Positions 12,365 through 24,757 of a stretch of DNA of 64,000 nucleotides are shown piece by piece. The position numbers were made by a program, and so were the translations under genes. Positions within the stretch are counted from its first letter, which is position 1. Every line of letters starts with the position of its first letter. The notes under the pieces were generated by a model. It made no database searches. It was not told the origin of the DNA and worked only from the letters and a program-made list of their open reading frames with translations. Source of the stretch: Podospora anserina (lineage: Eukaryota); NCBI GenBank assembly GCA_017654855.1, contig CM030332.1, positions 62,001 to 126,000 of the forward strand. The letters run 5' to 3'.

Positions 12365-13812
12365 ATGGAGCCAAACTTGCTCGCACCACGAGCCAATGGT
12401 GCGTCTTCCTTTGGCCAACTGCGGCGCATCACTGACAGGAAAGTAGAATGGTCACAGATTCCAACTTCTCTCCTCCTCGTCGAACTTTCCCGACGCGACG
12501 ACGCCGATCACGATCAACGACCAGCTTGCGGCTCCGGCAAAAACAGCCATGGCTACGACACGCCCCTTCACGTCTTCGCCCTGTTCCTGATTCTCACCAT
12601 CAGCACCTTGGCCTGCGCCTTTCCGCTCTTTTCTCAGCGAGTAACGAAGCCGGGGAAGCGCCAAAAGAATATTCTGTTTGTCTGTCAGCACTTTGGCACT
12701 GGCGTCTTGATGGCCACAGCGTTTGTGCACTTGCTGCCCACTGCCTTTGTGTCCCTGACAGATCCTTGCCTGCCTCATGTTTTCAGCAAGGGGTACCGGC
12801 CACTGGCTGGGCTGATAGCCATGATTGCGGCGTTTGTGGTTGTGGTGATTGAGTCGATCCTGTCGAGCCGAGGGGCCGGGCATAGTCACTCGCATTCCTG
12901 GGACGACGAGGACTCGGAAGAAGGGCACGAAGAGGCAAAACACACGCGCACGCACGGACATGCTGGACACTCGAGGACCCCGGATATCGCCATGGACGAT
13001 CTGGAAGGGACTGGAGAGCACCAGGGCTTGGTTTCCGGGGCCTCACCTCTTCCGGGAGGCACTCCTCTGATGCAGGCCAAATCGCGCCAGAGCAGGGATT
13101 CGTTCGAACGAGAAAGGGAGTCCCTGGAGCTGGAGCTCAGCTTGGATGAGCTCAATGGCAGCGGACAGGGTGGCTCGACACGGCTCCTGGCCACGTCGAA
13201 ACCGTTGCCAGCTCTTCCCCCACATGCGCACAGCGGACATCATCACCAAGGCCCCCCAAACGCGGAGGAACAGCAACGCATGATGCTTCAGTGCGTTTTG
13301 TTGGAAGCCGGTATTCTGTTTCACAGCGTGTTCATCGGCATGGCCCTGTCTGTCGCCACAGGCCCATCCTTTGCCGTTTTCCTTCTGGCCATCTCCTTTC
13401 ACCGTATGTGCGCCCTTTCCGCTCTGACAGACAGAAATCCTAACAATGAACAGAATCCTTCGAAGGTCTTGCGCTGGGAACACGCATTGCAGCCCTCCAC
13501 TTTCCCAAATCCTCTCACCGTCCTTGGCTGATGGTTCTGGCATTTGGCCTGACCACGCCCATCGGCCAAGCCATCGGGCTGTTTGTCCACAGGTTCTACG
13601 ACCCCATGAGCCAGACAGGCTTGCTCATGGTTGGTTTTATGAACGCCATATCTGCCGGTCTGTTGCTCTTTGCCGGGCTTGTCCAGCTGCTGGCAGAAGA
13701 CTTTTTGAGCGAAAAGAGCTACAAGACACTGAGAGGACGGAAACGAGTGAATGCCTTTCTGGCAGTGGCCGGAGGCGCAAGCCTGATGAGCCTGGTGGGG
13801 GCGTTTGCCTAA
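12365..13812 (+). CDS. ZIP family zinc/iron transporter (Zrt-like)
   Basis: HFGTGVLMATAFVHLLP, His-rich loops (HSHSH), LEAGILFHSVFIG, and spliced HQSFEG across intron 13404-13453. Probable in-frame intron 12399-12446. Confidence 0.92.
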
Positions 13813-13871
13813 TAGCAATCTTTGTTTTACCATATATAGGCCTCTATACTAATGATTTACTCCTGCACATA

Positions 13872-14625
13872 TCATGACCGCTTGTTCTGAACATATTGCG
13901 TAAACGTGGCCCTAGCGTTCTTGCCAAAGTCCAGCGCGTTGCTAAACATGCCCTGGTTGTTGTGCACAGGAAAGCTACCGGATGGGTTCGAAGGCTGGGG
14001 CACGGCGGTGCGGCTGATGGCCCAGGCAAAGGTCGACGCACTGCCAGACTGTGTTTCGAGGCGCCCGCCGTTTTGCTGGCTGTTCCACCTGCTGCAGCCC
14101 GTGCAGACAACCTCGACGGTCCAGTGCGTCGAGTTGCGTGCTGTCGACAGGGTGCGCAGGGTGGCGCCGCTGTAGAGTCCAGGAGTAGTGCGGCCGCTGT
14201 GGGAAACATCAGCTTTTGATCTCATCAACCTATCCCCAAGATACATACGCGCTCCACCTCGACGACACAGACACCTGACCCGAGTTTCCGTTCGGCCACG
14301 CAACAGTGAGCGGATTGTTGGTCATCCCGCCGCCCCAGGCAAAGCCAACCCATGTCTGGGCAACGGGGGAGATGATCTGGAGGATGGTGTCGTATGCCGC
14401 ATTGTTGGTCGCGTCAGAGGGCAGGGCGATGCGGTACGTGGGCGCGGTGGCCGAGGTGTAATACTGAAGAAAGCAGAGACTCGGCACGTTACCGGAGGCG
14501 GTGGAGCAGTATTTTGAGGTGACGCCGTACACTTGCCGCGGTTCTATCTCGGACGAGGGAGTCACCGGGGAGGAAGCTGCCAGCAAAGGTGCGGCGAAGA
14601 ACGCGACGAGTGATGACAGATGCAT
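13872..14625 (-). CDS. Secreted stand-alone cellobiose-dehydrogenase cytochrome domain protein (AA8 iron-reductase-like)
   Basis: Signal peptide. WVGFAWGGGMTNNPLTVAWPNG contains the Met heme ligand, followed by CTGCSRW and FPVHNN with the His ligand. Intron 14197-14248. No flavin domain. Confidence 0.88.
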
Positions 14626-15218
14626 GGTGAACGATTCGGGGCCAATTCAAGGGTAGTTTCTTGCCAACATAGAACTCAAAAACAGAGGGAAAGGCTTGGA
14701 ATTTATCATCTTATTTTTGTATACTATTCCCTCCTTCTCAAACTGGTCATACAGAGTCTCGCTGATCTGTCGTTAATGGTTGCTCTCCGGATAAAGTCCA
14801 TATGAGGCATCACCCTTGCCATCCATGTGTTATATAGAGTATTTGCACTGATCAACTCCTCCAACTATCGTCGAGCGGCAAGTGATCGGCAGCAAATCAG
14901 AGATCCCGTTTCACAAATCAAGTGATCCCGGCCGGTGGGCGAACAACAGCCTGAAGGACCTCTGCCACTTCACCACGTCGTGTCTCTGAGCTCATCCTCC
15001 GAGATGTAACCCCCCTGAAGGGCTTCTCTTTGATTTGAAATAATGTTTACTATGATCCAGTCAATCAGCAGTGTTTGGAAACAGGCAGAAAACCTACAAC
15101 GGAGACAACACCAAGCAGGAAGGTCGTAAAAGCGTGGACAATGAATCAAACATGCTCATTCATTCATCATTGAGTTCCTAATGAGTTTCTACCACTTGCA
15201 ACAACATCCTGCCCGGGT

Positions 15219-16978
15219 CTAAATGATTTCTTTTTGCTGAACCTTTGTGTCCTTTTCGGATGTCTCTTGGACATCATCCCCATCCACCGACGCCTTCTCT
15301 GGGGCCTCGGTCACGCCAAACAGCTGGTCCATGGCCTCGAGAGAGACGCCCTTGGTTTCTGGGATGAAGAACCAGACAAACACAAACATGGAAAAGCAGA
15401 AGCTGCCAAAGATGAGGTATGTTCTAAATTTTCGGTTAGTAATCATTTGACTGGTCATATCAAGAGACGCCTACCCATAACCGTCACTTCCGACAGTCAC
15501 CAACATGGTTGGTACAGCACGGGCAACAACAAAGTTGAAGAGCCATTGAGTGGCGGCAGCGTACGAGACGTTGAGAGACCGAAGACGAGCGGCGGGAATT
15601 TCGGATGCCAAAATCCAGCAAGCAGGTCCCCAACCGAATTGGAAGAATCTGTTGCTCTGTCAGTTCATACGAGACAACCGAGAGGATCAGGGTGAGTACG
15701 TACGCAGCAAACAAAAAGATGGACACGAGCGCAAAGTACCCGGCCGGGGGAACCTCCTCACCAGCCCTGGGCGGTGAAATGCGCACATACAAGCCAATGT
15801 AGAACATGGCCAGGCCTTGGGCGATACTAGTCCACAACAGCGAGCGCCTGCGTCCGAGGGAATCGGCCATGAAGAGCAGGAAGCAAATGCAGCTGACCAC
15901 CTTGACAATACCATAGATGCCAGTGCTGAAAAGCGAGGTAGAAGTGCCAGTCAGACCGAGGTTCTGGAAGATGGTTGGTGCGTAGGTGTTGATGGCGTTG
16001 GTGCCCGTCATTTGCTGGCAAATCATCAAGGTAATGCTGATAAGTACGCGCTTGCGGTTACCAGGGATCGTCCACATCTCCTTTTGCAACTTCCAGTAGG
16101 TGGCATCGCCAATGAGGCGCCGATCCTGCTCCAGCTGGACGACGATTTCTTGAAACTCCTCTTGGACGTACGGGTGTGTGGGTGGCAGGTTGCGGATGTT
16201 GGACAAGATGCGCTTGCAGTCCTCCCATCTGTCCTGTCGTGCCAGCCAACGAGGCGACTCGTGGCAGAGAAGCATGCACCCACAGAGGAGCGCAGCAGGT
16301 AGGGCCTGAATGGCGAGCGGAAAGATGTACATGATGGGGCCATCCGGGAAGTGAATCGAGACGGAATAGTTGATCCAAAAGGCAATCATGCCCCCCGTGA
16401 CGATAAACAGCTGGTATAGGCCGGTAAGGAGTCCACGAATGGCGCGGGGCGAGTTCTCGGACACATAAATCGGGTTCACGGCCGAAGCAGCTCCAACACC
16501 AACACCAGCCACGAATCGACCGACGTACATGGCCGCCAGCTTCCCAGAGGCAGCAGCTTGCATGATGACACCGATGATGATAACCAGAGAGGTTGCGATG
16601 AGGCACCATTTGCGGCCGAATCGATCTGTGAGAGGCGAAGCGATGAGCGCACCGAGGAAGCAACCAGCTTGAAGGGTCGAGACGATGTTGGCGGCGAGAT
16701 TGGCGGTAGCGACGGAATTGCGGTCACCGAGGCCAAAGTCTCGAACGAAGGGGGGCAGGACGATAACACCGCCGATGACCGAAGAGTCCCAGCCAAAAGA
16801 CATGGCACCGAAGCAGGCCTATACACAACATCGTGGTAAGTGTCTGATCAAGCCAGATAAACAAAAGTCTTACCGAACAAGCAAGCAAGTACACCCTCCA
16901 TCCGTAGATCCCGGCAGGATCCGTGGCCATGGCCTCGTTCCGCACGATCTTGCGGAGGATCTTTTGTGAGAGACCCAT
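15219..16978 (-). CDS. MFS sugar porter, quinate-permease-like
   Basis: Introns 16819-16873, 15649-15703, 15424-15474. Motifs [56 protein letters not shown]. Confidence 0.93.
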
Positions 16979-18531
16979 GGTGGGCAGCGACCTGACGGTG
17001 ATCCTCGTGATTTGAATGAGATGCAATCAAGCCTGGAGTTGAGAGCGCAGCTCCTGGCGTTTGCTGCTAACAAGCAAAAGGAAAACAGCACCGCGAGGAC
17101 CAGATTGCAACAAGAGACTGGAACACGACGGGATGCTCCATCCCGGGCCTTTTTGTAGTTGCACCGCAGCCATCTAGGATCTGGACGGGTGAACGGGTCT
17201 GTCTCTGGCTTGTTTCTCGCCTGATTGGCGAATGTGTTGGCCCCCATGCCTGCTGCCACCGTCTGGGGATGCGGAGAAGCATCCTCTCAAGGAGATCATG
17301 GGGCGACTGTGCACTCGGGATACAGAAAAAGTCTTGCAGCGAATGGTGTGTGTGAGCAGGGGGGCTAGAGCAGGCGAGAGATGGACGCATGTCGTTGGAT
17401 GAGCATCTGTAGAGGCTGGTCTGCCATGCTTTCGTTACCTTGCACTGGCACGGTAAAGCCCCAGGGTTGTCCTTTTTTCCACCAAGAAGAGGAGGTTGAG
17501 GTTGCGGCCAGAGTGGGTGCTGCTACAAAAAGCCGAGTACATATAAACAACGGTTTTCTTGTCCCGTTGCCAAGACGGCAGCTTTGAGCGCCAGAGATCT
17601 CTTGAGTCTTGGCCACGGACGCGATATTGAAGGGGAGATATCTGATGGCTTGAGAGAGAGACTGCGTTGTGAGCCTGGAATTTGACGTTGAGATGCTGAG
17701 GTCTGTGAATTCCGAGACGATCTTTGAAGGAGACATTGACTGAGGGTCTCATCATGCCAATCTGGAAAGGTGAAGATAAGGTATGGTCGCTTCCAGTGCC
17801 GCTCGGTATTAGCCTATTCGTAGTATGGCAGTTGGAGTAGTTCAAGGGTCGGATGTTCTCGGTGGTGTGCGACCGACTTGGCCCTCTTGGCTGAGTCTGA
17901 CAGGGGGTGATGCGGGATGTGGGGAACCTGGACCAGCTCTTGTTATCGTTGGGGAAAGGGGCGATTAAGGTCAGGTACGACCTGCTCTTGCTCCAAGGCC
18001 CTTTTTTCCACCAGAGGAAGAAGGAGCTTCACAACCTGTGGAAGGAAGAGCATTCCCTTTCATGCGCTATGGAAAAATACTCGTCTTCTCTTAACAAGAT
18101 ATCCAAAACCCAACAAGTCGACGACAGGTCTAACATTCAACATCCAGACCTTCTCCAATTATCCAGAGTTGCACATCAAGCGGTTCGAGACGAGGGGACC
18201 AATTTAGCCAGACCTCCAGAGGGTGACAATCAAGACCAGCTCACACATGGCATCTTTGCCCGATGCTGCTCGTCCCACAACGCCGGGCCAGGGTGCTGCT
18301 CAGTGCTCACCCACTCTGGCTGCCATCCTTGGTGACTTCATCCAGGAATTTCTCCACGAATGAGAAAAGACCATCCACTCCGGACCAGGCCAGTCAGCAA
18401 CGCGCCTACTATAGCTGATCATCTGACAGAGGAGGCATGGAAGATACAGCCAGTAGCTGTTTACTGCCCGTTGAATTCATGCTGATCGCTTCACCGAATT
18501 CCATGTACCCGGTCTGACACCCATCACGAGA

Positions 18532-20025
18532 ATGCTTTCACGTCCCACCTACACGGTGCTGGGTTCAGATCCCACCAACCGCAAATGCAGAATCAATTGC
18601 TATGCCTTTCAGCAGGATGCCATCGTCACGTTTCAAGGCTGGCAGTATGCTGCCTTTTGCAGCCCCCTTCCAGATGTCGCTGAACCGCTTTATGTGCACC
18701 TCGCCAGGAGGCGGCTCCTAGAACCCCCACACGATAATCCGGGAGGCTGGGAGGTGCTGGCATTGACAGACTACCCCCAGACAATTGATGACGGCCACAA
18801 TACCGTTCAGCTAGGCATCTCTCCTGGTGACGGCACAATTCATCTATCATATGATCATCATTGTGATGTGTATGCCAAAGTGGTCCATGTGGTGAATAGT
18901 AGGTACATTCGTTGACACCGATCTAGGCTTCGCTATCGTTACTCGTGTCGAGATCTTGCCTTGAAACCCACCGAGTTCACCTGGATAAGCTCCCACTTTA
19001 CAACAACACTCGACTACCTTCCCGGGCTCCCTGCGTCTCACAAACCCTTCCATTACGTCACCTACCCCCGGTTCTGTGCGGCCGATTCTGATCTTCTTTT
19101 TACGCTCAGAGACGGCAAAGCAGGTCTGGGAAACGACCATCTTTATGTCTACTCTTCTTCCTCTGGCCATTGCTCCTACCTTGGCCAGCATCTCACTGGG
19201 ATTCAAAGCAATCCGTATATCCACGGCCTGAGCTACCGCTCGGGCAGACTGCATTTGACATGGGTCTACCGTGGTTTTGTCCACTATGACGGATGGGATG
19301 ATCTCGCAGACACCAAGCACAAGCAGCAGGCTGGGCCCAACGGAGCGGAGAACAATCATAATTTATGTTATGCTTACAGCGACGGCCTCGGAAAAACATG
19401 GAAGAATGGCCAGGGCAAAGAGATTGCGTCAAAAGACCTGGGGATTAGCACTATCGATAACAACAGCGAGGGGATCGTTGTTTTTCGCATCCCTAAAGGA
19501 TCAGGTCTCACAAATCAGGAATCTCAAGTCGTTGATCTGGACGGCGGTGTCCATGTTTTGAACAGGAGTTCCTTGCCAGTTGGATTTAACAACAGGAGCG
19601 GCGTGGAAGCCGTCCATTGGAGACATTATTACAAGGCGCCGGGTGATGATGGTGCGTCTGGTTTCCTTTGGCGTTGCTATCAAAGCTAACATGAATATCC
19701 AGGAATTTGGTCTGAATTTCTGCTCCGACCAGTATATGGCAGCACCAGGGGAAGACTGGCTGTTTCGAAAACCGGGGATGTAATCATCATTCTTCCCGAT
19801 GCAGAAAATGGACGTGTGTATATTGAAAAGGCAACCAAAAGCAGTGGGTATACTGCTCATGAAGAGATTTGGTCTGGAGAAGGGCTCAGGGGTGAACCAC
19901 TGGTTGACCTGCCACGGTTGGAGAACGATAACGTGTTGTCGTTGATGGTCTTGGCTGATACCAAACCATCAAATGACATAGATCCAGGAACGAGAAATGT
20001 TGTGGTATTGGACTTTGAATTGTAA
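18532..20025 (+). CDS. BNR_4 beta-propeller protein, PL42 (rhamnose-glucuronate lyase)-like, no signal peptide
   Basis: Introns 18870-18926 and 19652-19702. Motifs FQQDAIVTFQGWQY, DDGHN...GISPGDGTIHLSYDHH, VTYPRF, NHNLCYAYSDGLGKTW (Asp-box), LTNQESQ. The family is recognised from motifs; the activity is inferred. Confidence 0.75.
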
Positions 20026-20183
20026 TCATACATCGTTGCCTGTATGCTATGTACGCGAACTGAATATTCCCTTCCTTTCGTGTGCTCCCATGTCCTCTCC
20101 GGATATCTTCCCAAACTAGATAAATAAAAAGGTATCATGACTCGTATCATCATCAGAAAACAAATTGAAAGGAAAAGAAATCA

Positions 20184-21997
20184 TTAAACAAATCCAGTAA
20201 AGGTCTCCAAGCTAGAAAAATCCGCTCTCCCGTTTCGCCCATGTCCCCTCAACTTGGCATACACGTTGATTCTCCCGTATTCCGGACCGGTATCGACCGT
20301 CCTAACAATCCACATTGTCCTCCTCTTCTTGACTCCTCTTGTTTGTTCAAAGCCTGTTTCTTGGTCAACATTTCTCTTTTCTCTGGGGACAAAAAGCAGC
20401 ATTTTCTTACTTGGAGTTTTGTAACATGGCTCGGTGTTTGCTCTCAAGGGGAATCCCATTTGATTCCCTAGATCCTTTGAATAATGCACGGGCTGGGACT
20501 GTCGATCATAGCTCTCTGGCTCGGCAGATGGCATGTCCATCTCCAGATAGGATGTCGGGTTCTGATCCCAGCTGTACAAGCTTTCGATCTGGAATTGTGA
20601 GATTTCAGAGTCAAAAGGCACAGCAACCAGAGGCGGTGGGGGTTCAAAAGGCCGTTCCGCTCTCGGTGTTGACTCGTCCCAATACACGGGGTTCGAGTCC
20701 GCCATCTTTCCTCTGCTACTGCGCTCGATTCCCTGCATCTCCTCGCTTGGTGGCGTCAAGATTCCGTGGCCCCAAACATACCCTTTGGCCTGGGACCCAT
20801 CCGTTTCCCCGAGCAAAGTTGGTGTGATCCTCCCCCACCCTTTACCGGCCCATTCAATCACTCTTCTCTCCATTTCCGTGTCCATCTTGATGCCGAGCAA
20901 ACCGCCGAGATAGATCAGGTGATGGGCCAGCATCTGGCACAAGTGGTCCCGCATCGCCAGCCAAAGTGTCGGGCTCTGCTGAAACTCCCAATCTTCCACC
21001 TGCATGCCAGCCTCGGGTTGTCGCTCCATCTCTTGCCCCATGCTCTTGCTCGAGTAACCAACCCCCAACACAGCTCCCAGCACGACCAGGAACAGAACCT
21101 GACAGCTTTCTCTCGACAGCTTCCCCAGGTACTGTGGTGTCAGTAGCTTATCCAACGCCAACAGCATTCTCGACCCCGACATTGTCCCTGCTGTCCAAGC
21201 CTCCTGTTTTGTGACCATGCCCGCCAACTTGGAGTCAAAGTTCGAATACCGCATCGAAGCAGTCATCAGAAACCTCCGGAAATCATGCGTCAGCTCCTCC
21301 ATCTCCGTTTCCTTTTTTGACCCGTCCTCCGAGGCGAACGACAACCCTAGCAGATTCGCACACATGCCGGCCACCATACTTCCTCCTTGAAGTTCTGGCA
21401 CTGTATATGCTTCATCCAGCAACCACCTCGTAATCTTTTGGTTGAAAGACGGCTCGTCGAGACTGGCAAACTCGGCCGGCTGTGCAATCCTCCCGAGCAA
21501 AGCGCCCATCTTGAGCATCAGGGTTTCTGTCCTCATCTTCTGTGGTCCCGACTGAACCTGAAAAATGTCAACGTCGACAAACCTCGTCCGGATGCAGTAG
21601 CTCCAGCTGAGGACTTTTCTCTCTGTCCCCTTGAGGGCCGAGGTGAGGCAGGCTTGGCAGGGATTCTCAAGCGAGCACTTTTGTAGGCATGTTAGTCACC
21701 ATGAGTGAATGAGTGAGATCTCCAGACACAAACCTCAATCTTGAGCATCCTACACCGCAAGCAAGCACCCTGTCTTCTCACGCCCAGTACCTTTTCCTTG
21801 GCTTGGTCGGTTAATCTCGCCCGTTTTGGTTTCCCTCCCGACGGCGGTGTGCCCTGCAGCGGGTGTTGTAGTCGAAAGCAGTGTATGTGTCGTGCAAAAG
21901 TCGGGATGGTGTTTGATCGTTCGACCTGACGTTGTTGAAAAGAAACCCGGACGAGTTGCTGTTCAGCCGCATTCTCTTGATCTGGTGGGCTGTTCAT
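20184..21997 (-). CDS. Putative Zn-cluster-like transcription factor
   Basis: Intron 21678-21733 gives KRARLT...VRRQGACLRCRMLKIECSLENPCQAC...YC, in frame with the 450-aa ORF. Confidence 0.75.
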
Positions 21998-23160
21998 TGG
22001 TATATGTAAATAAAGGAGGGGGGGCTAGAACCGGCAGGGTGGGTAGGTTGGTGATGGTGGTGGCGAAGCTAACTCCTAGCATGTAATACAATGGTTCCTA
22101 GCAACTTTCCAACCCCAGCTGAGACTGCTAGACATTTCCCAGGCTGGGCCCAGCTCCCAGGTGGATGGGCGCAAAACGGATCGATAATCTCACACACTAG
22201 AGACTGGGTAGACGGAGAAACAGAGACATGAGACAATTTTCCTGCTCTCGGGCAACTGAGCCTGAACTTGCAGGTCCTCCTGAGCCGGAATTCCCATGGC
22301 GACCTGAATACTTTATGACTAGTACCACACTAGCAGTGGTGCAGGTGGCCCAAACCTGTTCGAGGCTGGCTGACTGTTACACGGGTTCTCGTCGATATTC
22401 CCCCAAGCCCGCGAAATAAGCATCACCGAGCTCCCCGGATCGAGCCTAGTGCTGCTGGTGCCAGCAGGCGCACCGCATGGTTGAGGTGCTTGGCGGAGCT
22501 GTATGGTTCGAGACCCCTGTTTCGCTGGCAGCGTTTGCAACAGCGCAAGATGGCCATCATGAGACGCCATCACGACTCACCACCCACAGCCCAGCTGGGC
22601 AGCGATTGTCGATGGAGTCTTTCCAAGAAATCTTCTGGAAATTCTCTTCATCTGATAGTGGAGATGGGGGGAGATGAGCGTGGACCCTGATCGTCATTGC
22701 GATCCAAATTCCCTCGGATCATCTCCACATCCAACCCTAACCCCGTAGTTGGCGGTGGTCGTCCGCTCTCCTTGCCGAATTTGAGGTCAGACACTGATGA
22801 AAACATGGCGAGAAAAGGATGTCCAGATTGGGTAAAAATCACACCTTACCGAGAAATCATGCGGCTCCAGGCGCGTCTGTTGCGGTGTGTGTGGCTGCTT
22901 GCTGTCACTCGCTTTCTTTTTGCGGACAGCAGGGATGGCACTGCCACGGGCAGCCAATCGGAGAAATACCAGGATCTCGTCCAAGCTGAAAAGCCGTTTG
23001 AGAAAACACCAGGCCAGCTGAAAACCCCTGCTTTGGCCAACAAGATCGGATTCCAGGCGCCACCACTATCATTTTCTTTTCAAAATTGTTGGCATCCGCT
23101 CCTTTCGTGTTGGCTTGGTTTTTGAGGATCTGTCCGGAGATGCGCCTGCCGTGACACAAC

Positions 23161-23196
23161 TGCACCTGCGACTGCACCTGCGACCGCACCTGCGAC
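23161..23196 (+). repeat. 12-bp tandem repeat (YGCACCTGCGAC)x3
   Basis: Directly visible, intergenic. Confidence 0.85.
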
Positions 23197-23412
23197 TTTA
23201 TTTTTATTCCCACCTTTGCAGCCGCCTTCTCGGGTGCTCGTGATCCTTCCTATATTGCAAGAGGCTAGCGCACCTATCTGCATGTCATCGCACGGTCCCG
23301 CTTGGCAGCACATCCACCCAGCATCCACTTTGCACATCAGATCATCATCATGGATTGTTTTCTTGATACATGGAATGTTGGTGCCAAAATCCTCAAGTTC
23401 TTCCTTTCGACA

Positions 23413-24757
23413 CTAGTAGAGAGACTTCTCGGCCCAGCCCAACCGCTCACTCCCCTGGTCAAACACGATAAAGGCCGCTTTGAGGGCTATATCGCCCCAG
23501 ATGGTAAACCCGACACCGCTGTCACTCTGCATCCCTCCGAAGCACCTCAAACTACTGGTGTCGGTTTTCGAGTACGCGAGGTAACTGCCTGGAATCCTGA
23601 TCATCTGACCGTTCCCGGTCCCAAAGTAAAAGTCGGGAGTCGTCGAGTCGTTACACTCAAACGTGTATCCGCCTTGAGAGGCATCGTACTTGGCGCTGGC
23701 AATCCGGCCATAAAAAGCTTCACATACGCCCTCGGGCAAAAGGAGCAGGGTAGTACCCGTGTCCGCAATGCCGTGAATGCGTGTACTGTTGAAGCTGCCC
23801 GTCGTGCCAACTTGGAACCCGGGCGACACCCAGCTCCAGAAGCCGTCGCTGCTGTTAACTGGAACATATGTAATGTTCCCCGTGTAGGCCCCGTCGTCGA
23901 TGTACCCAAAGTTGTAGCGGCCAGCTGTGTATCAGGTTAGTACGGAACAGCAATTGCAGGGGTCGTGACTTACGGGCGCCAGACTTGAGATCAGCCGTGA
24001 ACACCGGCGAGTCAAGCCCGGGCATGGCTTTTTCAAAAAACGTCTTTTGCTTGTAGGGCATCACCGTGTTGATGATGCCAAAGCCTAAGCCCACCAAGCC
24101 GTCATTGTCAGAGTCGGCTGTGAACTCTTCCGAGACCTCCCTGGCTGCTTCCACAGCCTGAGTCGACACCGTCAAGTCACCAATGGTGACTGTGTCGACG
24201 TAGACGTCCCCGCTCGAGTAGCTCTGGTCCCCGTACGTGATCTTCCACGAGTATCCCTCCATCTTGTCCGCCGTGGTACTCGCGTTGGGGTCATAAAGAG
24301 TCTGCCCGTTGATCATGCTCTCCTTGAGCAATGTGCTAAAGACCCAGAAATCACTGGATCCCGTGTCAAGGTCGAGGTTGAGCTGCTGAGCGGGTGTGCC
24401 AAGGGAAACGGGCATCAGGTACTCGACGTCGTATGACTTGGGTGAGTTCTGGACGCTGCCTCTGTCATTTTCATCGTCATCGTCATCGTCATCGTCTGCT
24501 CCCTCGCTTTCGGCACGTTTTTGGTTTCTTGCTCTCCGAACTCGTTTGACTGCCGCCTTTAGGTCGTGCGGAACAGGCGCGCCGTACTTGCGCAGTGTTC
24601 TTTCAAGCTCAAGTGGGCCGTTGCGTACGAACTTGGGGTTGTGCACCTGTGTCAACGATGCTGTGCCCTTTTGGACCGTGTTGCCGACGGCGACCGGTGG
24701 TAATGCGGTGGAAGCGGTCAAGAGAACTGCGAAAACGAGAGACTTGATGATCGCCAT
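23413..24757 (-). CDS. Secreted aspartic protease, family A1 (endothiapepsin/aspergillopepsin-like)
   Basis: Signal peptide, propeptide with KR, catalytic LDTGSSD and ADTGTT, flap ITYGD, and IWGD. Intron 23925-23973. Confidence 0.95.
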
